DNA from: Fidelibacterota bacterium
Lineage (GTDB): Bacteria; Fidelibacterota; Fidelibacteria; Fidelibacterales; DSDE01
Reading direction: 5' to 3'
Assembly: GCA_046735395.1 (NCBI GenBank)
Contig: JBJKQR010000003.1
Location: forward strand, 1-30,325
DNA length: 30,325 nucleotides
Below the pieces are notes generated by a model that worked only from the letters and a program-made list of their open reading frames with translations, did no database searches and had not been told where the DNA came from. Made by a program: the position numbers and the translations under genes. Positions 9,763 to 19,000 of the stretch are shown piece after piece (position 1 is the first letter of the stretch; each line of letters opens with the position of its first letter).

Positions 9763-9796
9763 CCCGGCCGCGCGGGTATTACCGTTTGCAGCCGGG
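9763..9796 (-). other. GC-rich stem-loop between binding-protein and permease genes (probable mRNA-stabilising/attenuating hairpin)
   Basis: CCCGGC (9763-9768) pairs with GCCGGG (9791-9796), with additional inner pairing; no adjacent U-tract. Confidence 0.45.
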
Positions 9797-9820
9797 CCGG
9801 AAAAGGTTAGCCGGGGGCTA

Positions 9821-11371
9821 TTATTTGGACACACTCCAGATGGGCAGAGAACCGAGCAGTGAGAAGGGATTCACCATCGTCACACCGGTGATGCGCTTGC
9901 TGTAGTAGGCCCGTTTTCCTCCGGTGAACAGATAGATATAGGGTGTTTCCTTCTGAAGCAGCGTGTTCAGATCCTTTGCGTAAACGATTTTCTCATCCAG
10001 AACCACCGAATTGTGGAACTTCAGGACAGCCTGGTCCAGCTCAGGCGACTGCAGCCGGGAGTAATTGTAATCAGAGTAGCTGTGATAGAGGCTGTAATAA
10101 TCGTATTTATAGGTGAACTGATTGAAATAATTGAGCGCCAGCTGATATTTCCCGGTTTTCAGACGGGTCTTGAAGGCTTCATTATTCACATCCACCACAT
10201 TGATCTGGATTCCGATATCGGCCAGGTTTTTCAGAAATTCCTCAGCGATTACATTGGCCATGCCGCCCATCTTGTTATTGATGAGAAGTTCCAGAGCCTC
10301 AGGCTTGCCGTTTGAATTATCCAGCGCCTTCATGGCCGCAGCCCGGTCGAAGGTCTGGTATCCGTCCAGCTTATGGTAGGCCGAAACGGTTTCATTCATG
10401 GGAAAAGTATTGTGCATGACATAGTCGGCTCCGACATCGCCATAGAGCAGCTCGGCCATATTTTCACGATCCACGGCCAGCGACAGCGCCTGTCTCAGCT
10501 CCGGTGAGGAGAGCGCAGGATCACTGCAGTTGATGACGATGGCATTGAAGCCCAGAGGAACATAGTCATTATAGGGAATATTCTTCTTATTCAGAGCGCT
10601 GTAATATCCTGGATCAACGTCCAGAAGCACTTCCGCTCCTTTGTTATCCATCTTTTTTATGCTGCTCGCCGGATCGGTGCTCAGCAGAAATTCCACAAAC
10701 TGCACCGGATGATCGACGCTTTTCCGCTGCAGAACCAGCTTGTTTGAGAAGCGTTCCTTCACTTTGAATTCGCCGGTTCCGACCGGAGTATTCTGCAGAT
10801 CCATGAGTCCGGCGTAACTGTTCAGAGTGACAGGCAGTTCCTCTTCATTGATTTTATAGGGAAGAATCTTGAATTTCAGAATCCAGATCGCATCCTCATA
10901 GGACACGGGGATGGTGAAGGTAAATTTGATTTCGTCAGCCCCCACCTTCTCGTAGGATTTGAGGATATCACGGAAGCGGCCGCGATAGGAGGAATTATTT
11001 GTCGGCTCGGAAATCACATCCAGCGTGTAGATCACATCATCGGCGGACAGAATCCGTCCGTCCGGCCAGGTCTGGTCAGCCCGCATTTTCACATCGTAGA
11101 CGGCCTTATTTTCCGGATCCTGAGTGATGTTCAGGGCTGCCTGCAGATCGATTTTTCCATCCATGGAACCGCTGGGGCCGGTCAGGCCCTGAAAGAGCAG
11201 ATCGTTCACGTAGGATGCAGTCGCATTCTGAGAAAATACCGGCAGCAGATTATCCGGCAGGTCGTCCACATAGATTGAGATGGTATCCTTTTTACCGCCG
11301 CCGCAGGAGCTCATGATGAGGAGCAGGGACAGCATCAGAAATGACAGAGAATATGTTTTGAATTTTTTCAT
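9821..11371 (-). CDS. ABC transporter substrate-binding lipoprotein, family 5 (OppA/DppA/NikA-like)
   Basis: Lipobox MSS|C; LFQGL, WPDGRILSADDVIYT, PVGTGEF, LRQALSLAVDR motifs; GAGGTG SD. Confidence 0.93.
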   Translation of the reverse strand: MKKFKTYSLSFLMLSLLLIMSSCGGGKKDTISIYVDDLPDNLLPVFSQNATASYVNDLLFQGLTGPSGSMDGKIDLQAALNITQDPENKAVYDVKMRADQTWPDGRILSADDVIYTLDVISEPTNNSSYRGRFRDILKSYEKVGADEIKFTFTIPVSYEDAIWILKFKILPYKINEEELPVTLNSYAGLMDLQNTPVGTGEFKVKERFSNKLVLQRKSVDHPVQFVEFLLSTDPASSIKKMDNKGAEVLLDVDPGYYSALNKKNIPYNDYVPLGFNAIVINCSDPALSSPELRQALSLAVDRENMAELLYGDVGADYVMHNTFPMNETVSAYHKLDGYQTFDRAAAMKALDNSNGKPEALELLINNKMGGMANVIAEEFLKNLADIGIQINVVDVNNEAFKTRLKTGKYQLALNYFNQFTYKYDYYSLYHSYSDYNYSRLQSPELDQAVLKFHNSVVLDEKIVYAKDLNTLLQKETPYIYLFTGGKRAYYSKRITGVTMVNPFSLLGSLPIWSVSK

Positions 11372-11386
11372 TGTTCACCTCTCTTA

Positions 11387-12661
11387 TTAAAAATCAAGGA
11401 TCTTGTATAAGGTTGCATCAAAGGAAAAGGATTCGTCCCCTTTCGTATTCATAATTTCGATTTTGTGAAACCCGCCTTTCAGATCCGGAGCGATAAAGGT
11501 GGACCGCCCATTGCGGTCGTAGGCCTTATTCACCAGGTTTTTCGGATTATCCGGGTCTTCATAGACCTTGATGATATAATCCATGTTCACATTACAGTTC
11601 AGCTTGCGGTATTCGCCGGGCCCGATCACCAGATCGACACTGCGATATTCCGTTTCACCCCGTTTGAGAGACCCGTCGGTTTTTGAGGAAATTTTATAAT
11701 TTTCCGTATAAGCCAGCTGTTTCGGACGCAGCGGATCGCCCCATTTTTTATTGAACTTGCGGGTGGAGCGCCGTTCGGACTGTTCCCGGCTGAATTCGTT
11801 CTGATTCGCCCGAGCATTCTTTATCAGGACGGAAATTTCACCCGTGGAGTCCAGATCAAACATCTGATTTTTAGGAAGTTTGATAAAATCCTGACAATTC
11901 TTGTAGGCGTCCAGCGCTTTCGAGTAATCATTATTGCTCAGAAAGACATTGGCCTCCTGAACCATGTCATTCAGAGCACTCATGGCCTCTTTTTTCCTAC
12001 GCATCCTTTCGGCCGCAGCCGCGTCGGATTTCAGATTCTCCGCCTGTGCCACCTTGGGCGAGAGCCGGTCGGACCAGTCCGGAAATACCTTAAGTATATC
12101 CTTCCACATATCAATAGCCTGCTGATAACTCCCGGCCTGAACCAGTTCATCTGCCTGGTTGTCCTTTTCCCGGTTGTCTGAGATCAGATCCCTCACTTCC
12201 CGATAGTAGGCCGGCAGATCCTCCTTGTCATCATTCAGGTATTTCGACCAGCGGTCAGCGTAAGTATAAAATTCACTATAGCGTCTGTCATGATACAGAG
12301 GAATCAGGATTTTCGCACTCAGCGAGGAAATGGAGGCATTCACATCACTCAGGCGGTTTTTCATCATCAGATTGGGATCAACAAAATTATTCATTTTATC
12401 AGCAGATGCGATGTAAATCTTGATAGCCTTGTGATAATTTTCATCCGATTCATAGAATTCGGCTTTTTCCAGCTGTTTTTTAATGGCGTCATACTGATCC
12501 ATCATATCCAGATATTTCGTATCTCCGGCTTTGGTCAGGTATTTCCGGGCATTTTTCACATCATTGTCATGGAAGGCCTTTTCTCCGACTTTTGCATAAT
12601 AACTTGCGCCGCACGAGCTCAACATCACGACCGCGATCAGCGCAACTACGATTTTATTCAT
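11387..12661 (-). CDS. Uncharacterised lipoprotein with TPR-like helical repeats and a C-terminal beta-rich domain
   Basis: Lipobox LSS|C; repeated 'A..f......Y..A...(Y/W)' helical units; beta-strand-like last ~100 aa; GGGAGGAG SD; 15 bp upstream of the binding-protein gene. Confidence 0.8.
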   Translation of the reverse strand: MNKIVVALIAVVMLSSCGASYYAKVGEKAFHDNDVKNARKYLTKAGDTKYLDMMDQYDAIKKQLEKAEFYESDENYHKAIKIYIASADKMNNFVDPNLMMKNRLSDVNASISSLSAKILIPLYHDRRYSEFYTYADRWSKYLNDDKEDLPAYYREVRDLISDNREKDNQADELVQAGSYQQAIDMWKDILKVFPDWSDRLSPKVAQAENLKSDAAAAERMRRKKEAMSALNDMVQEANVFLSNNDYSKALDAYKNCQDFIKLPKNQMFDLDSTGEISVLIKNARANQNEFSREQSERRSTRKFNKKWGDPLRPKQLAYTENYKISSKTDGSLKRGETEYRSVDLVIGPGEYRKLNCNVNMDYIIKVYEDPDNPKNLVNKAYDRNGRSTFIAPDLKGGFHKIEIMNTKGDESFSFDATLYKILDF

Positions 12662-12836
12662 ATTCTCCTCCCGATTATTATCTTCACTTCCACCGGACAG
12701 TTTTTACCCCGGACTAATCCGCCCGGCCGGACACAGACACCGTAACTCTGCCACATTGGATTACACCTGCGATTTCTGAAAATACGGCAACCCTGTTTCC
12801 CCTCTTCTGTCCGTCATTTATGTTCAAATCCTTATC

Positions 12837-12862
12837 AAAAAACATGGCTTTATATGAAAGCC
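12837..12862 (-). terminator. Weak intrinsic-terminator-like hairpin
   Basis: Minus strand GGCTTT-CATAT-AAAGCC followed by ATGTTTTTT. Confidence 0.4.
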
Positions 12863-12936
12863 GCTTGTAAATATTTTAACTAATTATCCCCATATGTGCG
12901 GGAAAAATAGGATAGTCAGCCGGGATTTACAAGCGG
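12861..12936 (-). promoter_or_regulatory. Perfect 12-bp inverted repeat enclosing a putative sigma70 promoter
   Basis: CCGCTTGTAAAT (12861-12872) / ATTTACAAGCGG (12925-12936); minus strand TTGTAA (12932-12927), 17 bp, TATTTT (12909-12904). Confidence 0.45.
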
Positions 12937-13113
12937 AAAAGTGCTGAGATTCCCGCCGGGGCCATTTTCGTTGCCATATTGATCACATTATAGAGTCCGG
13001 CCGCACGGCGGGGTTCGCCGGGACATTCATTACAAACTGATATTCCACTCAACGCCCTGAAATACCACAGTACCCGGGAATGAAAAGAAATTATAAAAAA
13101 AGTGAATTGGGGA

Positions 13114-14487
13114 TCAGGCCTCCCGGGCTGCCAGAGCATCCAGAGTTGCGACATGATTTTCACGGCTGATGGGATAGCGCCAGGCAAAAAAGAGGGCAAC
13201 AATGAGAAGCAGCGCAGGAACCGGGCCGATGAAGAGTCTGATGGCCTGAATGGCGGACTCGGGCTGTACAGCCAGCAGACCGCTGCTGTCCGGCGACAGG
13301 TAGCCGGACCAGGCCAGGGACTGGCCCATGATCCATAAGGCAAAGGCGGTGGCCAGTTTCTGAAAGAAGGATGCAAATGAGTAATAGGCTCCCTCCCTCC
13401 GCTGTCCGCTGCGCAGCTGATCATTTTCAATAATATCGGGAATCATGGCCCAGGGCAGAACATAGGCAGTGGCGATCCCGGAACCTGACAGAGCTGCCAG
13501 GATGTAGGCCGCTGCCAGCGACGAGGACGACAGGGCGGAAATCCCCAGCAAAACCGGAATACAGCTGATGATACCATAAATATAGGCCTTCCGTTTATCC
13601 AGCCTGTGCGAAATTTTCACCCAGAAGGGAATAAAGATGATGGCTGACGCTTCGGCGATCAGAACGAAATAATTTGCCTGTTTGGGAACGGAGAGCCGGT
13701 AATTTGCGAAATAAACCAGAATGGCTGCGAGAATACTTGCCGTCGTCCAGGAAAAGAGATTCATTCCCATGACCAGACGAAAGGGCCGGTTGGCCAATGT
13801 GAGTTTCATGGCCTGCCGCCAGGTCAGGGCGTCACGGACGGGTGATACCGTGTCTTCCCGGGTTATGCGGAAAACGAGAAGCGGCGGAAGGATGGAAAAG
13901 AGTCCCAGGCCGATGCCCAGTACCCGGAAAAGATGCTGCGGTTCCGGAATGTACCAGCCCAGCACCGTGGCAAAGATGATGGCGCCCAGTGTCCCGGCGA
14001 TGGAAAATACCATGCGGAATCCGTTCAGGGAACTTCGTTCATCGTAGTCCTTCGTCAGTTCCGGAGTCAGCGAATTGTACCCCACATAGACCAGGGTAAA
14101 GGCGGTATCGAAGAGAACGAAAGCCAGGGCATAGTACAGCGCCAGTCCGAATTGTTCAAAGGGCGGGATGAGCCACATCAGCAGAAAGCTGAGTCCCAGC
14201 GGAAGGGATCCGAAAAGCAGCAGAACCCGCCGGCGCCCCCATCGGGTCTGAAGCCGGTCGGATATAAGGCCGAAGAGCGGATCATTCACCGCATCCCAGA
14301 TACGGGGAAGCCCTACGGCCCACGCGGCATAATCGGGCCGGAGACGGGCAATGTCGGTCAGAAAGTAAAGCTGAAAAAACATGATGATGGCCATGGGGAT
14401 ACTGGTTGTCAGATCACCGATGCTGAACAGAAGCTTGAATCTGAGTGAAAGGGCTCCTGCCGACTCCGTTTTTTTCGCTGTCGTCAT
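13114..14487 (-). CDS. MFS glycoside-pentoside-hexuronide:cation symporter family transporter (MelB/MFSD2-like)
   Basis: About 12 TM; WDAVNDP Na+-site motif; TRWGRRR loop; ELTKDYDERSSLNGFR; LPWAMIPD...RREGAYYS. Confidence 0.92.
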   Translation of the reverse strand: MTTAKKTESAGALSLRFKLLFSIGDLTTSIPMAIIMFFQLYFLTDIARLRPDYAAWAVGLPRIWDAVNDPLFGLISDRLQTRWGRRRVLLLFGSLPLGLSFLLMWLIPPFEQFGLALYYALAFVLFDTAFTLVYVGYNSLTPELTKDYDERSSLNGFRMVFSIAGTLGAIIFATVLGWYIPEPQHLFRVLGIGLGLFSILPPLLVFRITREDTVSPVRDALTWRQAMKLTLANRPFRLVMGMNLFSWTTASILAAILVYFANYRLSVPKQANYFVLIAEASAIIFIPFWVKISHRLDKRKAYIYGIISCIPVLLGISALSSSSLAAAYILAALSGSGIATAYVLPWAMIPDIIENDQLRSGQRREGAYYSFASFFQKLATAFALWIMGQSLAWSGYLSPDSSGLLAVQPESAIQAIRLFIGPVPALLLIVALFFAWRYPISRENHVATLDALAAREA

Positions 14488-14558
14488 AAATTCCCGCCCA
14501 TCCTTTCCTGATTAAGTATTGAAAATGGAACTGTCTGATCAGCCGGGCCCGGAACCGG

Positions 14559-15719
14559 TCACCATTGATGAACCTCCTCCGGAACTGTCAACACATGGAC
14601 CTGGCCAGTTCCTTCATCCACATATTCATAAGCGGCTTCGGCCACAACCGAATATCCGTTGTCCATCACCCACTGAAGCAGATCCCTCAGCTGCTGAAAA
14701 CTTGTCATGAAGGCCGCCCCCATATCCCTGCCGTAGCGGTAGGTAAAATAATGGGGATTTTCCGAATTAACGTAGTCGATAACCGAGGAAACGGCCTTGT
14801 GCAGGTCCCGGGCATCCGGCCGCAGATGCAGCTCCTTCAGAACCTGAACCGGTAACAGGATATAATCCCGGATTGAATCAATCAGATTGGGACGGTGAAT
14901 GAAACGGCTGATCCAGGAGCTGTCATCCATCCGGAGGACGGGTGCAATTTCCGCTCCGGTCCGGTCCAGGACGCGGAGAGAAAAGGTGAATTTTTCATTC
15001 TTCGGATGTTCGTGCCGCCGCTGCCGTTCCGCCTCGGGAACAAGCTCCCAGACGGCATCCATGATCCGGTCAGTGGCCTTCTGCAGGGACTCTCTCCGCT
15101 GTGACGGATCGAGCTGTACCGGCGGCAGCAGCGTTCCCACCTTCATATTAAGATCCGGCCGTCTGAACCTGAGCAGTTCCGAGAGTTTGCCGCGCGTATC
15201 TCCGAATCCGATGGGCAGCACAGGGGTCTGACTGATATGGCTCAGCCAGGCGACTCCGGTCTTTGTCTGATCCACGCCCGGTTCACCGATGCCGCCTTCA
15301 GGAAAAATACCGAGATATCCGCCCTGCTGCAGCACCTGGAGTCCCATTTTCATGGACCTTGTCCCGGTGGATCCGCGGTATACGGGAATGATTCCGTACA
15401 GGTCAATAACCCGGCCCATCCATCCGCGCCAGGGCATTTCGACGGCGGCCATGAATTCCACCGGCCGTCTGGCATGCACAGCCATCATAACCACTTCCAT
15501 AGCGCCCGTATGGTTTCCCACCACGATGACCGGGCCGTCTTCCGGAAAATTTTCCATGCCCTGAATATGCGATCGGGTCAACAGGCTCAGCGCAAATCGG
15601 ACGAACCGGCGCATAATCGCCCGGATGATTCGCCGTCTCGGAAGCTGTATCAACAGCGTATCCGCACGCTTTTGGCCCGTATAGGAATCCGCTGCCATTT
15701 CATTTCCAGCTGCTGACAT
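14559..15719 (-). CDS. Lysophospholipid acyltransferase family (PlsC-like) with ~160-aa C-terminal extension
   Basis: Block I GNHTGAME (HX4E variant), block II GIIPVYR, block III IFPEGG, block IV PVLPIG. Start could be M1 or M8. Confidence 0.88.
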   Translation of the reverse strand: MSAAGNEMAADSYTGQKRADTLLIQLPRRRIIRAIMRRFVRFALSLLTRSHIQGMENFPEDGPVIVVGNHTGAMEVVMMAVHARRPVEFMAAVEMPWRGWMGRVIDLYGIIPVYRGSTGTRSMKMGLQVLQQGGYLGIFPEGGIGEPGVDQTKTGVAWLSHISQTPVLPIGFGDTRGKLSELLRFRRPDLNMKVGTLLPPVQLDPSQRRESLQKATDRIMDAVWELVPEAERQRRHEHPKNEKFTFSLRVLDRTGAEIAPVLRMDDSSWISRFIHRPNLIDSIRDYILLPVQVLKELHLRPDARDLHKAVSSVIDYVNSENPHYFTYRYGRDMGAAFMTSFQQLRDLLQWVMDNGYSVVAEAAYEYVDEGTGQVHVLTVPEEVHQW

Positions 15720-16091
15720 GGGGCAAAATGTAAGATATTTGTCATGGAATCAGTACATTTTTTCACAGGCCTCTGCATCAGTTGTACCGGAATATAAGCG
15801 ATGCGGCCCGATGCGAATCAAAATTCCATCATCAAATAATTTCCCGACGAATGAAACAAAATGATTCGTGCAGCAGTCATATCTGTAAAGTGCGGGCTTA
15901 CATGCTTGATTTTCATAATGACATGACTTTTTCACGACTGGGCCGGATGAGGTCAAAATCATTCAGATTTCGGATTCGGTGTACAGCCTGAAATATTTAC
16001 GTTTCCAAAAGCCTGTGAAATGGATATTTTTAGCGTGATGACAAGATGGGTATTTCCATCGAATTTTAACGAAAATCAGATCGGAGTTCAG

Positions 16092-19000
16092 GTGAAACAG
16101 TTTTTGAAAATCAGTCAGCTGGTCCTGATTGCCACATTTTTATGGGGCGCAAGTGAAAATTACTGGCAGCAGAAAGTGAAATATACGATCAGCGCCACCC
16201 TTATAGACAGTATTCATACGGTGAAGGGGACGGAGCAGCTGACCTACATCAACAACAGCCCGGATACGCTGGATTATATCTATATGCATCTCTGGCCCAA
16301 TGCCTACAGGGGTACGAGCACCATGCTGGCCCATCAGAAATTCAGAACGGGATCCACGCGGATGTTTTTTGCACCGGATTCGGATTTCGGCGGTATTGAC
16401 CTGTCAAATGTAAAACAGAATGGCGACAGCCTGCACTGGGAATTTCGCTCGGCAGATACGGCTGATGTGGCAGTTTTCCATCTGAACCGGGCATTGGCGC
16501 CCTCCGATTCGGCTGTGTTCACCATGGATTTTCAGGTACTCGTTCCGGCTGTGATGTCACGCATGGGCCATGTGGGCAATCATTACGAAATGGTACAGTG
16601 GTATCCCAAGCCGGCCGTGTACGACAGGAAGGGCTGGCATCCCATGTCCTATCTCGATATGGGTGAATTCTACAGCGAATGGGGTGATTTCCGGGTTGCC
16701 GTCACGCTGCCGTCCAACTACCGGGTCGCGGCAACGGGTGTTCTTCAGGACAGTTCCGAAATCACCTGGCGCGATTCCCTTGCAAATCATGGGCAGTCCC
16801 TGTTGGACAGCCTGAAGTCATTCAGGAAAAAAGATATCAGAGGCTTGAAATCTCTGAACTCATTCAGCCCGGCTTCATCCAAACAGATGAAAACCATCCA
16901 TTTCGCCCAGAATAATATTCATGATTTCGCCTGGTTTGCCGACAAGCGTTTCATCCCCTGCCGGGATACGCTGAAGCTGAAAAGCGGTCGCGTTATGACC
17001 GCCTGGACCTATTCGCTGCCCCAGCATCTGGAAAATTTCCGCCTTTCGAATGATTACATCAGGGATGCGGTGGGCTATTTCAGCGATTGGTTCATGGAAT
17101 ATCCCTATGAAAGCGCGACCGTGGTGGATGGCGATTTTTCAGCCGGCGGCGGCATGGAATACCCCATGATCACCCTCATCAATAATTCCTCCGCCCAGCC
17201 GATCCTGGAACTCACCATTATCCATGAAGTGGGCCACAACTGGTTCTACGGCCTCTCCGGCAGCAATGAACGGGACTATCCCTACATGGATGAGGGTCTG
17301 AACAGTTATGCCGAAAATCGTTACTGGGCAGCCAAGTATCCGAATAACCGGATGTTTGACCATCAGGAAACCACGCCCCTTCCCTTCCGCATGTTAAATT
17401 ACCTGCTGAGAAATCCCGGCAAGAAAGATGTTTCCCGGCTGCAGTATCTCATGTCTGCCGCACAGCGCATGGATCAGCCGGCCAATCTGGCCAGCGAAGC
17501 ATATACCTTCCCCAATTATGGTATGATCGTATACAACAAGACTTCGCTGATCACTGAAACGCTCACCGCCTGCCTGGGTGATTCACTGACCACCGCCTGC
17601 TGGCATGAATATTTTCGCCGCTGGGCCTACAGACATCCCCAGCCGGAGGATATCCGCTCCGTTTTTGAGGACGTGAGCGGACAGGATCTGAGCTGGTTTT
17701 TTGATGGCCTTCTGGCCGGAGACGGACGGATCGACTACAAACTGGATTCCTATGCATGCAGAGAGGATAAGGACAGATATAATACGGACATCCGGATCCG
17801 GAATCTCGGTGATGTGGCTCCGCCGCTTCCCCTGCAGCTGAGGAGCGAGAACGGATCTGAAGAAAAAACAGTATGGCTGCAACCTGAAAAGAAAGAGGAG
17901 AATTTTCAGATTCAGACAAATTTTCTCGTCAAGGATGTGGAGATTGACCCCGAACATGTTCTGCCGGAAACAAATGCAGCAAATAACAGCAGCCGCAGTG
18001 TTCCGGAGCTGAATCTGTACGCCTGGGACGTGACACCCGGAGAAAAGTATGCCATTTCCTTCCTGCCCTATCTCTGGACAAACCCTGTGGATCGGGTGGT
18101 ACCGGGCCTGATATTCTTTCATCACAATCCCACGCCCTCGGACCGCAACTGGTACGGACGCCTCAGCGTGGGCCCCGAATCGGGAATCGTGAATTACGTG
18201 GCCTCAACCTCCGCGTCCCGCTTTCCCGCAGCAGGAAAAAGTGTGTCCCATCTTCTCCGCCTGAAGGGAAATGATTTTTTCACGTCTCTGAAGGCAGGAC
18301 ATACATTCATGAACCGGAGTGTAATGAAACCGGATAATAAAACGACAAACAGTGTCGACCTCATATTTCAGGATATCCGTCATATCCGGAAAAGCTTCAG
18401 TGGCGAAACTTTTGAATTTTTTAATCCCCTGGCCTGGTCCGAAGGCCGGATCCTGTCGGCTGCTTTTAGCAGGAAGATGGAAAAAAAGGAAACTTTATCC
18501 AATTTTTCCTGGACTGCCGACGCACGGATTGGGAACTGGGCCTCACAGGGAACTTTCGAACGTCTCAGCTCCACGCTCTACACCCGGCATCGCTACAGCC
18601 GGAAAGGATCGATTCGGACAACCGTTTTCGGAGCCCTGCTGTTCGGTAAGGTTCCCCTGCAGCAGAACTATTATCTCGCTTCGGAAATTGATCCGGACTT
18701 TGACCGGGGCTATTTCATGTCCCGGGCTTCGGATGAAATGGCGCCGGGACAGACCCTCATGCTGGCTGCCGCTCACACGCTCTACGGTTTCAATATCGAG
18801 GATACGGCACCGGATGCGGCCGGCCACAGCTCAGCAATGCTGCTGGCTAAAAGTTCGGTCAATATTCCCAAATTGGAAGCCTTTTCGATTCATGGCGGTG
18901 TCGCAGCCTATTACAATACTGAACCCAAAAAGCAGTTAGATATTTACAGCAGTATCTCACTGGCAATGGCAATGGGGCCGGTTAACGTGGTCTATACACC

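Noticed and set aside
9790..12731. Loose inverted similarity between 9790-9817 and 12706-12731 flanking two genes
   Set aside because: The alignment needs several gaps and is driven by CCGG motifs, which are abundant throughout the window.
12662..12830. Cobalamin riboswitch in the ABC operon leader (GGGAA, GGTGTAATCC, AACTGT fragments)
   Set aside because: Spacing between elements is wrong and there is no B12-box.
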